From Marsupella aquatica (taxonomy: Eukaryota; Plantae; Marchantiophyta): a stretch of DNA of 64,000 nucleotides. The notes below the pieces were generated by a model. That model made no database searches, was not told where the DNA came from, and saw nothing but the letters and a program-made list of their open reading frames with translations. A program made the translations under genes and the position numbers. The DNA is taken from NCBI GenBank assembly GCA_973895155.1, contig OZ316899.1, positions 12,775,934 to 12,839,933 on the forward strand. The letters are read 5' to 3'. Positions 8,217-18,151 of this stretch are shown here, piece by piece (position 1 is the stretch's first letter; every line of letters begins with the position of its first letter).

Positions 8217-11116
8217 TTAGCCGTTTCATCCAATTGGTCTACATCCTTAACTTCCTCCGGAATTGCAGCTAAAAAGGTGGATTCTATTGTAAAGCAGTCC
8301 TCGACCTCTTCGTCTTCTTCTTCCAAGTCACCTTCCATTGGTTCTTGCCATAATCCGCTGGGGGGTACCTCTGGTCCAAAGACACCTTCTTCGGTTAGGT
8401 TAGTGAAGCATTCTAACCAACGTACTTCATCGGCTGACTCCAGTCCACTATCGTACCCATCTACTTCCCTTATGCTTTTCCTACGGTCATCCTTAGTGTC
8501 CCAGGATACCGTGATAGAGGGGGTCCCGAAAGTGAACTGCTTTTTACCCCAATCTTCTATTACCTCGGCTAGGTACAGCCATGGCCTACCAATCAATAGC
8601 CGGAATGACGTAGGATTTACCGGCTTCATTACTACATAGTTAATGCTAAAGAAGATACCTCCTATCTCTGTCTTGATGCCGGTTAACACTCCCGTCGGAA
8701 TGACCTGATATCCATTGGCCATGTTCAACACTCTTCCAGTCATCTCCGGTGTTAGACCCCACCCTTTTGCTGTTGAATCAATCATAATACATACCCCTGA
8801 TCCTCCATCGATGGGTACCCGTAGTAATAATTCTCCTTGAATCATTAATGGTAATGCTGGGGCTCCTTGATCTTCTTCTATCATTAGTACGTCGGATCTG
8901 GTTGCTACCTTGGGTAATCTCGGCTTGCTGAGAATAGCCTTCCTTAATTGCTTCCGGAAGTACGGGCTATTTTTCAATAGTTGACCTACTGTTGCCGAGA
9001 CTCTAGATTCTAGTACATCTTTAGCCAGGTCATAGGGAACAATCGGCTTCTCTTCTGGTGGTGTTTCCGTCTTGGATTCGGCCAGTTTTGCCACGCTAGT
9101 CTCCACAGCTGTTGGGTCTTCCGAAGCAAACAATGCTTTTGCTCGTTTTACATCCTTGGCAATGGCTTCGGTATTCTCCAGGGTTTCTAATTCTCTTAGT
9201 TGTTCCTTAACACTAGCCGTAACAGAGGGGTAGAACAACTTAGGATGATCTCGATTGAAGTCGCTATCTTGTGAAGGATTGGTTTCACTGGTGGGCTCAT
9301 GGCTTACCTGTATTGCCGGAGCCCTCCCTTCTCCTTCTGTTGATGTTGACGAAGAGTCGATCCTTTCCTTCGTAACCTTCCCTTTATTTTTGGCCAGCCC
9401 ATCCCACCTTTCCTTCCTTCTGGTAGATCGAGTAGAGACCCGGTAGCAATCATGATCTAAATCCTCCTCTGAGAAGGTTGATAGGGCTTCGGCCTCATCA
9501 TCAGATGGTACGAACTCTGCCTCGGCATCCTCTTGCCATCCTAGTTCGATGTGGTTGATTTGAACTCCTCCGGGGGTAGTACCTGGCGGTAAGATCTTGA
9601 TCGGCAAAAGCTTATGATTTGCGGCCAGGCCTGCCAACCAAGTAGGACATTGCCCTAGCATATGACCTTCCTGTCGGCATCCCATACATAGCTGAGCTGG
9701 TTGTCCATCACCCTGTTTGCGTGCATTCGGGCATTCTCTAGCAAAATGGCCAGGTTGACCACAATTATAGCACGCCGCAAATCTTTGCACATTCGGCCTA
9801 GGAGGTACTGACGGGTTCTGAATAATCCGAGGATACATCTCTCCTGGATTGTTCCTTAACCCTGACCACAGAGATGCAGGTCTGTTGGATAGGTCTCGTG
9901 CTCCAGTCTCACTGATGCTGAAAACACTATCAGCGGCATCTCCCAAAAAGTACTCTACTTCTCCCTGACATGGTCTGATCTCGGCCACATGCCGAACATG
10001 ATTAGTATTAAGCTTAGGACAAGCATCTTTATGGTGTCCGGTTTTATAACATAAGGCACACCATACAGAGCTATCCTCCTGTACTACCTTCTTCTTTGGT
10101 TTTACCTCTGCAATGATAGCCTTAAGTTGCTCGGTAAGGGCTACGATGTTATCTGGTGGCTTAGCCTCCATCTTGACTTTCGTCTTCCCTCTCCTTCTGC
10201 CCTTCCTTTTCCTAGTTTTTTCTTCTTCAGAACTAGAAGATGACTCACTCTTGCTACTCCCACTATTCGAGCTTGACTTATCACTTCTAGACTTCTTGGA
10301 ATGTTTCTTCTTCTTATCTTTTTTCTTGTGGGGTGATCCCTCCTCTGATGAGGAACTCTCAGACTTAAGCTGTTTCTTCCGGCTTGTGATATCTGCATTA
10401 ATGTATAATTGAATATCCTTAATTGCTTCGGCTAAGGTCTCCGGGTTCTCCTTCCTAATTGCAAAACTCATCTTCTGTGGCAAAGCATTCACCAACCATT
10501 GAAGTTGCATACCTTCAGATGCATTGGTCTTTGTACGTCTTACCAGTTTCTGAAAGCGTTGCAAGAACTTCCTGAAGGATTTGTTCTCCTTGAACCGAAG
10601 TTGTCCCAACTTCAGCACTGCTAGTTCTGAAGTTCCAATGGGTCGAAACTCCTTAACAAAGAGTGTTTTGAAGATATCCCAGATGGCTTGATCTTCCACA
10701 TCTAATGCTCTGTACCAAGGCCTAGCCTCACCCTTGAACAGGCCGGGAAGAATCTGCATCTTGATGGCCGATTCTCCATTTGCTGCAGCGGTTCCCTCGA
10801 AATCATCCAACCATTCGTCCGGATCCTCATCTCCTCTCCCATGAAATGCCTTGTAATGTATGCGCGACCGCTGGCTCAATCTGGTCCCTGGCCTCTCGTC
10901 TGGCCGTGCCTCTGGTTCCCCCATGTCGGTTGGAGACTCACTTCTCCTTACCGACTCTTCTTCTGGTATGTCTTCTTCGACGCCACTTCCAATTTCGGAG
11001 CTACCAGCTCTTTCTGCCCCTCTCAGTCGCTGTGTATCATGCCACCCGGCGAGCTGCTGCAGTCGAGCTCTCTCCCATTGAATCACTCTTTCTTCCCTCG
11101 GCGTAAGGTCAGTCAT
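8123..11116 (-). CDS. gag: Gag plus aspartic protease (997 aa)
   Basis: Capsid motif FHGRGDEDPDEWLDDF; three CX2CX4HX4C knuckles; protease IDGGSG..LLIGRPWL. Confidence 0.93.
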   Translation of the reverse strand: MTDLTPREERVIQWERARLQQLAGWHDTQRLRGAERAGSSEIGSGVEEDIPEEESVRRSESPTDMGEPEARPDERPGTRLSQRSRIHYKAFHGRGDEDPDEWLDDFEGTAAANGESAIKMQILPGLFKGEARPWYRALDVEDQAIWDIFKTLFVKEFRPIGTSELAVLKLGQLRFKENKSFRKFLQRFQKLVRRTKTNASEGMQLQWLVNALPQKMSFAIRKENPETLAEAIKDIQLYINADITSRKKQLKSESSSSEEGSPHKKKDKKKKHSKKSRSDKSSSNSGSSKSESSSSSEEEKTRKRKGRRRGKTKVKMEAKPPDNIVALTEQLKAIIAEVKPKKKVVQEDSSVWCALCYKTGHHKDACPKLNTNHVRHVAEIRPCQGEVEYFLGDAADSVFSISETGARDLSNRPASLWSGLRNNPGEMYPRIIQNPSVPPRPNVQRFAACYNCGQPGHFARECPNARKQGDGQPAQLCMGCRQEGHMLGQCPTWLAGLAANHKLLPIKILPPGTTPGGVQINHIELGWQEDAEAEFVPSDDEAEALSTFSEEDLDHDCYRVSTRSTRRKERWDGLAKNKGKVTKERIDSSSTSTEGEGRAPAIQVSHEPTSETNPSQDSDFNRDHPKLFYPSVTASVKEQLRELETLENTEAIAKDVKRAKALFASEDPTAVETSVAKLAESKTETPPEEKPIVPYDLAKDVLESRVSATVGQLLKNSPYFRKQLRKAILSKPRLPKVATRSDVLMIEEDQGAPALPLMIQGELLLRVPIDGGSGVCIMIDSTAKGWGLTPEMTGRVLNMANGYQVIPTGVLTGIKTEIGGIFFSINYVVMKPVNPTSFRLLIGRPWLYLAEVIEDWGKKQFTFGTPSITVSWDTKDDRRKSIREVDGYDSGLESADEVRWLECFTNLTEEGVFGPEVPPSGLWQEPMEGDLEEEDEEVEDCFTIESTFLAAIPEEVKDVDQLDETAKWGAVAGTVDFLQALWQSRRGPQRHRSSARN
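8133..8192 (-). promoter_or_regulatory. Programmed -1 ribosomal frameshift signal (slippery GGAUUUU plus stem-loop/pseudoknot)
   Basis: G GAT TTT in gag frame (8186-8192), 5-nt spacer, perfect 10-bp stem GGCGTTGTGG/CCACAACGCC, loop GCCGA complementary to downstream TCGGC. Pol lies in the -1 frame. Confidence 0.8.
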
Positions 11117-11163
11117 TACCTACGCTTCCGTTCTAACTTCATATCTCACGGCTTAAGAAATGC

Positions 11164-11181
11164 CCCCTCCATCTAGCGCCA
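11164..11181 (-). other. Primer binding site of element A (TGGCGCTAGATGGAGGGG), likely tRNA-Asn
   Basis: 18 nt starting TGG, 4 nt after the 5' LTR. Matches my recollection of the plant tRNA-Asn(GUU) 3' end with one mismatch. Confidence 0.8.
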
Positions 11182-11185
11182 AAAA

Positions 11186-14100
11186 TGTGGTGCGTCCCAT
11201 GGCTCCCTAAACCCAAGAAACCCCCCAGCTCAAGCCGATTCCCGCAGGTTTCGCGCTTGGCGAGGCCGTTTCCGCGGCTTAGCGGCATGGGACGCTGCTA
11301 ACCTTCTACTACTACTATTAACATTTTACACACATATACTGGACAGATCCTTCATCGGGTCATGAGATACGTAGCCGGCCTAATATAGGCCTTCCCCTGT
11401 CTTCCCCTGTCTTCCCCTCCGTCTTGTTAGGTATGTTTGGATTCCGCCGCCGGAATGATCCCCAATAGGCTTGGTTAAGCCGCTAAGACCTCTCTCAGCT
11501 CGACACATCCAACTCTCACTCCCCTGCTTACTTTCCTTCTTTCTGTTGATGTGGGCACTCTTCACACAAGTTAATGCGACACACAAATAGCAAAATGACT
11601 CATTCTGACTGAGTCATACCATGCACTTGCCATACAAACAGTACATCTCATACACAAGTTCTGCGAACTAAGCCGTGAGGCCAACTCTATTCAGCTCTTA
11701 GGCATGAGGAAACATGAATATACACAAGGGTCACTGTATGACTAACCGAGAGCTTCTCGTACTACTTGATCCCAGCCCGGCTGGTGCAAACTAAAAACTT
11801 GCTAAAGAAGAGGCCCTGAGCTCCCCGCTGCCCAGGTACTTATCCTGGTAGTGGATCCGCCATTCTTTGCATCGTAAGCCTAATCTACTTAACAGTAATC
11901 TACTTGCCCGAATCTACCTATGTACAGCAAGGCAGGAGCACAAGTGTTGCTCCTACCAGTGGGACCGCAATCCCACTAAGCTAAGTGTCAGGGCCGCTCC
12001 TAGTTCTGATCCTAATCCTAAACGTGGAGATCCATGCCCGCCCTGCCCACTCACGCCTCCTCCCTCCACGTCCGCCCTCCCTAAAAGGAACGGCGCCCTT
12101 GCACCGTCACGACACCGGTGGTGGATCCTCAATGGACGCCCCCAACACTTCCTCCTCAGCCACTGCCGTTGGCCCGCCTACTGACAGATTACCTGCCCTT
12201 GACCGAGTCAACTCTCCCTCGGCCTGACTGGGTCCACCTTCGGCTTCAGCCTCGACACCGGCCTCGGCAATACCCACGGCTTCGGCTTCAGCCACCCCCA
12301 CGGCTTCGGCTTCAGCCACTCCCTCGGCTTCGGCCTCCCCTTCCCCTAGGGTAGTTGGATCCTTAGCTGTGACCCTGTCTGGGGTCGGTGCCGGGTCTAC
12401 CTCCTTGATCACCACGGCCTGTGAAGTCGTATTACTCCTTGACCCTGAAGGTTTCCGCTTCTTCTTCGTTGGTGGCTCGGCAGCTGGTCCCTTCCCCTTC
12501 CCACTTACCTCCGGCACTGGTGCAGGTGGCGCGGCTTGTCCTTCGGCAATTACCACCCCTGGTAACTGGTTTGTCCCAACAGGAGATGGACCTGCTGCAG
12601 CTAAGCATTTAAATACTGCGGCTTGTTTCTTCAGCCGCTCTGTTTGGTTGTCGGCCCGCCGCTGTAGGTTCTCCATCTTCCTCGTGATTTCCTCCAACTC
12701 CTCTTGGGTTTCATCCAGGTCCTTACGTGCCCCCTCCAGCTCGTTTTTGGCCTCCTCCTGCTCCCTGTGGGCTTCCTCCAATTCCTTCTTCAAGGTAGCC
12801 TTCTCCTCCTGGGTTGCTCTTAGCTCCTTGTCGAGCTCTGCAATGATGACAGACTCCATCTGGTTCATCTTGGCGTAAGTCTGTTCGAGCATCTCGTCCT
12901 TCTCCCTTAGGTCGGCCTTGAAGCTGGCCGTCAGGGACGCAAGCTCCTGCTGCAGCGCCATAATCCCTTGATAGGATTTCCCTAACTCGACCTCCTTCTG
13001 CTCAAGGGCTCCGCGGATTTTCTCGAGCTCCCCTTTCAACGCCCATTCCTTTCTTTGGGTCTCCGCCATGGCCCGGCTGTTGGCTGTTATGTGGGCCTCC
13101 TCTGTATTCTTCAGCTCTTGCTTCCACTTTTCCCTTTCTTTGATCGTGTCGGCCAACTCTTCCTGCGTCTGAGTCAGTTTATCCTTGATATTCTGATTAT
13201 CAGCCTGCGCGGCGTCCAACTGCCCCTGCATGATGTTCATCTCATATCGTTTAATCCGCAGTTCATCTTGGGCTTTCTTGGCCGCCCTTAGATCTTCAAT
13301 CTCGGCTTCCATCCTCCTAAGCCGCCGAATGACCTCGTCCTTCTTGCTTCTCTCTAAAGCCACCGCTTCTTCTAATTGGTGCTTTTCCAACTGCTCCCTA
13401 TGGAAAAAGGGTCCTACCTCCAACTCCTCTCCAAAGATGCCGAGCGCAAGTTCCCCACACATCTCACCATACTCCATGGCTCTATTCTTAGCGTAGGTGG
13501 AGTAAGTAGAAGTGATCGGCATCGCCCATCGTGGCCTCTGCTCCCAAGCCGTCCTGCGGATCTCTTCAATCGTGGCTAGAGGTTTGCTTCCTTTTTTGGC
13601 TAGCCGCCTGATGTCCTCCGGCCAATCTCCTCCTGGTAAATCCTTTTCCTTAGCCAGGGCGGCCTCTTCCTCCTGCTTGATTCGCTCCTGAAATTCCTGC
13701 ACCGTCTGTTTTATGCCGTCGAAGCTCGGGGGAGCAACATCTGGTGGGGGAGACTCAGGGCTACTCTGCTGGTTGGGGTCCCCTCGCACTACCCTTGGAA
13801 GTGTGGGGACAAACCGGCCACAGGTCCTTACTCCTGGAACGTGATGGTCCGACCCATAGCCGGAATTATCATGGCTGCAGTCCTCCACTGCCTCCTCTAC
13901 CTCTTGGATTTCCGGCTTCTCCCTCTCCTCTTCCTCGGTAGGAGCTTCAGGCAATTCTGCCTCAGATTCGGAGCTTGAGGTTCCCACGTACATTCGAACA
14001 CCTGGCTTGGATTCCGGCCTGATTCTCTCGTCTCCAGCAAAGGGGTTTTCTCTTGTGAGCCGGTGTAGGCCTACCTCTGTAGTAGTGTCCTGCATGGTTG

Positions 14101-15842
14101 CCGTTGCCGTTGTTGTTGCCGATGCCGATTTCTTTTCTTTCTCCAGTAGTTTCAGCAGACTCTGCATGCCTGGTTGCTGCATCGGCAAGTCTTCCTTCCT
14201 GGGCCTAAACACCTGCTCGATCGTAGGACTAACAGGTGGTTGAGGCTTCTCAGCCAACGGCCTCGGCGTTGGAGCTTCCTCGGGTGCCCTTACCTGCAGG
14301 GGAAGTACCGGGGCAAAAGTCTGACCTCTGGCATACCGGCACAACAGCGGCATGTGATAGCCAAGCCGCGACACGCTCCCCATGCCGATTACCTGCTGCT
14401 CCTCCTTTAAGATCTTCTTCAATTGGTTGAGGAGGTACCCGTTGTAGTCCCGGCTTGGGTCTGGCCTTTCTGCCAGATAGACCTGTGCCTTGCCGATCTC
14501 TGCCCTCGGCAAGTTACAATGCATGGTCACCCGCAAGAAGTCGATCATCTCTCCTATGTGCGGGTTGGTGCAGGTGTTCCGGAAGAAGCCATTCTTCGTT
14601 GATGGCCCGGGGAACGACCGGAACTCCTTGTCAGGCAAGGTCTTCCTGGTATCAACTTTGGTCTTATTGCCCATCGGCAAGCCAAACACTTCGGCAATCA
14701 CCTTGGGAGTAAGATAGAAATCCTTCCCATATATCCTCGTGCAATTGGTCTCGGGTTCCCATGACCCCACGAATTCTAATAGGTCTGACTCCGGTACCTC
14801 CGGCTTCAGCCATGGTAATCTTACAAAGGCCTCCAAGCCGGATCCGGCCATGAAGCCTTGGTACTTCTTGGTCTGCATGGCCGTAAAGCATGCATCCTCC
14901 TCCCGTGCAAAATGTAGTTGCACCTCCACCGGTAGGGTTGCCGCCCAGCCCTTCCAGGTGTCATCCCTGGTTGGAATGGCCTTGATGGGATCGACCTCCT
15001 CCTCTTCGGCTTCTCCCTGCCTCCTGCTCTGCTGCTCGGCTGGCTTCTTTGGTGCCGTCGACCTCGTTCTTTTTGCCGGGGTGGCTTCATCGTTGACGGC
15101 TCCCTTCCTCTTCATCTCTGCTGCCGTGGAGGTTTCTCCTAGCACCGTTGCCTGGGTCCACCTTTCCGTGCTACCCTTTAATTCCCAGTGTATGTCGTTG
15201 CAGTTCTTGATGGCCTCTCGGATGCCGACGACGCTGTCCTTGCAAAATAGAAGATCGTCGAGTTGATTGGAAGTAGGCATCCACAGGAACTCGTCCTTGA
15301 TGAGTTCGCCTCCTAAGAAAGCCGTCTTCTGCAGCTCCCACAATCGAGCGAGCTCCTGCCGTTCTCGAGCTGCCCTTTCTGACTCCTCGTCCTCGTAAGT
15401 CTTGATGTACTCAGTTGCCCGTTCGAACAGGCATCCCCAGAAATGTGCCGCTTGATTGACGTTGCTCATACCCTCCTTAGGTTGATCGTCGGTATCTACT
15501 CTCTCCCCGAGTGCTTGCCTAAGCAGCTGACAGTAGTTGGCCTCCCGTAGTCATCTGCCTAGTTCGTGCTCGCAAATGAGCCACCATCTCCTGCAAGCGC
15601 TCCTTACCCCTCTCCTCTGCCGGTCCTTCTTCCCGTTGATCCTTCCTAGCCGCCGACGCTTAACGCGCCCTAACCCTAATCGGGTTTTCACCCTCAGCCT
15701 TACCTCCGGCCTCTGCCCGGGTTCCATGGTTGCCCCTAATTGTTTATATTTTCCTTGTTTTGTCACTATACTAAGGTGTTTCTAGGGTGCCTTCCTGCTT
15801 TACCCACTTAACCGGCCGAGTGATTCCTGTCTAGGCATCACA
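11186..15842 (-). repeat. 5' LTR of element A (4657 bp), containing a long ORF
   Basis: Second copy of 305-4961; on the minus strand it is followed by TTTT and then the PBS. Confidence 0.96.
12107..15469 (-). CDS. LTR-encoded accessory protein of family A, 5' LTR copy (1120 aa from MSNVNQ)
   Basis: Same ORF as 1226-4588. A CGA>TGA change at 15551-15553 closes only the upstream extension. Confidence 0.8.
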   Translation of the reverse strand: MSNVNQAAHFWGCLFERATEYIKTYEDEESERAARERQELARLWELQKTAFLGGELIKDEFLWMPTSNQLDDLLFCKDSVVGIREAIKNCNDIHWELKGSTERWTQATVLGETSTAAEMKRKGAVNDEATPAKRTRSTAPKKPAEQQSRRQGEAEEEEVDPIKAIPTRDDTWKGWAATLPVEVQLHFAREEDACFTAMQTKKYQGFMAGSGLEAFVRLPWLKPEVPESDLLEFVGSWEPETNCTRIYGKDFYLTPKVIAEVFGLPMGNKTKVDTRKTLPDKEFRSFPGPSTKNGFFRNTCTNPHIGEMIDFLRVTMHCNLPRAEIGKAQVYLAERPDPSRDYNGYLLNQLKKILKEEQQVIGMGSVSRLGYHMPLLCRYARGQTFAPVLPLQVRAPEEAPTPRPLAEKPQPPVSPTIEQVFRPRKEDLPMQQPGMQSLLKLLEKEKKSASATTTATATMQDTTTEVGLHRLTRENPFAGDERIRPESKPGVRMYVGTSSSESEAELPEAPTEEEEREKPEIQEVEEAVEDCSHDNSGYGSDHHVPGVRTCGRFVPTLPRVVRGDPNQQSSPESPPPDVAPPSFDGIKQTVQEFQERIKQEEEAALAKEKDLPGGDWPEDIRRLAKKGSKPLATIEEIRRTAWEQRPRWAMPITSTYSTYAKNRAMEYGEMCGELALGIFGEELEVGPFFHREQLEKHQLEEAVALERSKKDEVIRRLRRMEAEIEDLRAAKKAQDELRIKRYEMNIMQGQLDAAQADNQNIKDKLTQTQEELADTIKEREKWKQELKNTEEAHITANSRAMAETQRKEWALKGELEKIRGALEQKEVELGKSYQGIMALQQELASLTASFKADLREKDEMLEQTYAKMNQMESVIIAELDKELRATQEEKATLKKELEEAHREQEEAKNELEGARKDLDETQEELEEITRKMENLQRRADNQTERLKKQAAVFKCLAAAGPSPVGTNQLPGVVIAEGQAAPPAPVPEVSGKGKGPAAEPPTKKKRKPSGSRSNTTSQAVVIKEVDPAPTPDRVTAKDPTTLGEGEAEAEGVAEAEAVGVAEAEAVGIAEAGVEAEAEGGPSQAEGELTRSRAGNLSVGGPTAVAEEEVLGASIEDPPPVS

Positions 15843-15847
15843 GTCAT

Positions 15848-18022
15848 CCAGGTGGAGAACTATCGGCCCAGGAAGTGGGCGTCCTTCTTTGTCAAGAAGT
15901 TCCACCAGGAGATGGAGCGGAGAAGGAAGACTTTGTACCTTGGTGGGAGGGCGTACTTTGCTAGCCACATCAAAATCATCATCGAGTGGTACGCTCGCTT
16001 CGACCGCCAAAGCCTCCCACGTCTCAACGAGCCCGAGCTGACCCCGCCAAAATGGGTGTTCCCAGCCCAGGTAAGGCGACCGCAGCCCAAGGCCCGAAGC
16101 CTGGTAGCTGCAAGTCGTGCTACCCCGGCCCCGCAACCCGCCGCTGCCGCCCCGCCATGCATACCCATTGATGGTATCGCGACCTTAGACGCGATCAATC
16201 AGGACAATGCCGTCAAAGCTGGGCCGGATGAAGCCGTACCCGAAGTAGATGCCACGGTAGCCGGGGAGATTCCGCCACCCCCCGCAGTGGTGCAGGAGAA
16301 CCACCCACCTCCAGTGGAACCAACCCCTTCGACCGACTTACCTCAAGGGCTGGATATGTCCACTCCTACTCCCGCACGGGTTGGAGTCTGCCCGTGCCCG
16401 AATCCAAAGGGACACAGTCTAGACCATCCGGAACTCTTTGCGTCGGGCACATTTCTGAACGGGTTGTTGGGAGATTTCTCGCATCAGATCTCTCGGGACA
16501 CTGGGGAATACATGGCCCGGAGGGTGGCCTACTTCTTCAACCAAGAGTTGGTTGCGGCAGTAAGGGCAGGACATGCGCAGGCAGAGACCGCGCAGAGAAT
16601 AGAGCGATATCGGGTTGAGTCTGCCTACCTAAAGGACGAAGTGGCAACCCAGGAGGCTGAACTCCAGCAACTACGGCCTCAGGTAATGGCCACGGAGGAC
16701 CAGGTCGCCAAGGCTAGAGCCCAAGCAGCGTTAGCAGTACAGGCCGAGCTCGGAAAGGACGCCAAGATCGTGCGACTCCGGACCAAGATTGACGGTTTGC
16801 AGGGGCAAGCCGTCAGTTGGCAAAAGGATCTGGAGGAAGCTGACTCCAGGTCTCAACGGGACACAACCGAGATTGACAACCTGAAGGCAGAGGTGGCGCG
16901 GCTTCGAGGAGAAGCCATGAAACAGGCCCAGTTGGTGGACAAGGTGACAAGCGACACCCAACAACTGGAGGAGGCATGCCAAGAGGCCGCGAAAGAGGCA
17001 GACGGGGCAAAGCGGGAAAACGAATCTTTGCTGGACCAGGTCCAGCTACTCAAGCAGAACGCCGACAGGCTCAAAAGGCAGCGGGATAGCCGCTCCCACT
17101 TAGGCGGCTCTGGCAAGCGTGCCAGGCATTAGCGACCGAGTAGGATTAGAGTAGAGTTAGGAATAGCTAAATTAGGCTATAGGGACAAGCACCTGCCCTA
17201 GTTAAAGCAGCACTGCCATGTTGTACAACCTGCGTAGATTAGGATCTTCTAATAAGACAAGCCGTTTTCTGGCCTGACAGCCAGCTTAGTTAGGACCTTA
17301 GTTAGCAAATCTTTGGGCGCGAGGGCACTCCGTTCCTTGGCCCTTAGTATTTAGTGCACCCCTCAGTAGAGGCAGGGGGGATTTTTAGTCTCAGTGTTGG
17401 ACATCCGCGGTATGTGCGGGGAGTCCCGACCTCTGGGAGTGAAAGAGTACCAAGGGGAGGGTGTAGGACTAAGCTTGCTGGGCAAGTGCGGAGCCGGGCT
17501 CCGTTGTAGTGTACACCCTCGGCCTCGGACCTGTTCATTCCAGGGCTTTCGGGTCAACTAAGTGTACGCATATGTCTCCTATGTAGTAAAATCCTTTCCC
17601 ACTATTTCCTTCGTGTAAATCAAGATTGTATGCTTGTGCGGATGTATATGTGTGAATCTCGTGTCTAGCCAACGCTTGGCCAAACGCACTACCCAAGTCG
17701 TACACGGGGTGCAGCTTGCGGGTAAGTGGTTGCGAGCCCAGGTTTAGTACCCATACCATCGAATCCGGATCAAAGGCGAACAACATGAAGGCTTAGAAGC
17801 CCGTAAGCCGGGGTCGATCCTATTGTCGACTAAGGTACATTCTGGCGGCGGAACACAAACCATACCTAGGAGGTGTCCGTATATGACCATAGGCGCACTA
17901 GCGCTAGTTTACGTGAGTTAGGTGCATTTCGTGCCTCCCTCCCTACCCGAACCCTCATTTTGATGAAGGATGTGCCTGTCTAAGTCGAAGCCCGGGTTAA
18001 GGCCTAGGCTGACGACGTGACA
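15848..18022 (+). repeat. Distal part of B1 5' LTR (continues in 1-304 and beyond the left edge)
   Basis: High identity to 25423-27599. Confidence 0.92.
15852..17132 (+). pseudogene. C-terminal part of the family-B LTR-encoded protein, split by insertion of A
   Basis: 426 open codons ending in a coiled coil and GKRARH; the upstream part is in 1-304. Confidence 0.8.
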
Positions 18023-18035
18023 TAGCCTTTGTTTT

Positions 18036-18053
18036 TGGCGCTAGATGGAGGGG
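18036..18053 (+). other. Primer binding site of B1 (TGGCGCTAGATGGAGGGG)
   Basis: Identical to the family-A PBS; 13 nt after the LTR end. Confidence 0.85.
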
Positions 18054-18151
18054 GCACTCTACGTGTAGTAGAGGGGAGACATGTGCAGGTGCACTTGGGC
18101 AGAATACACCAGGCCCTTGTGAGTTACTAACCATTGCATTTATACGAGTAA

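Larger units (their letters stand above)
305..15842 (-). mobile_element. Full-length, recently inserted Ty3/gypsy (non-chromovirus, Athila/OTA-like) LTR retrotransposon, family A, 15538 bp
   Basis: Direct repeats 305-4961 and 11186-15842 (offset 10881). TG...CA termini; 5-bp TSD GTCAT at 300-304 and 15843-15847. The flanks rejoin into the sequence seen uninterrupted at ~25410-25435. Internal order gag-PR-RT-RH-INT, with PBS and PPT. Confidence 0.97.

Noticed and set aside
11164-11181. tRNA gene
   Set aside because: Only the 18-nt complement of a tRNA 3' end (PBS); no cloverleaf.
305-15842. 4.66-kb direct repeat as a segmental duplication, tandem element or assembly error
   Set aside because: TSD, TG/CA ends, PBS and PPT sit exactly at the repeat edges, the copies differ by scattered substitutions, and an independent solo copy has the same ends.
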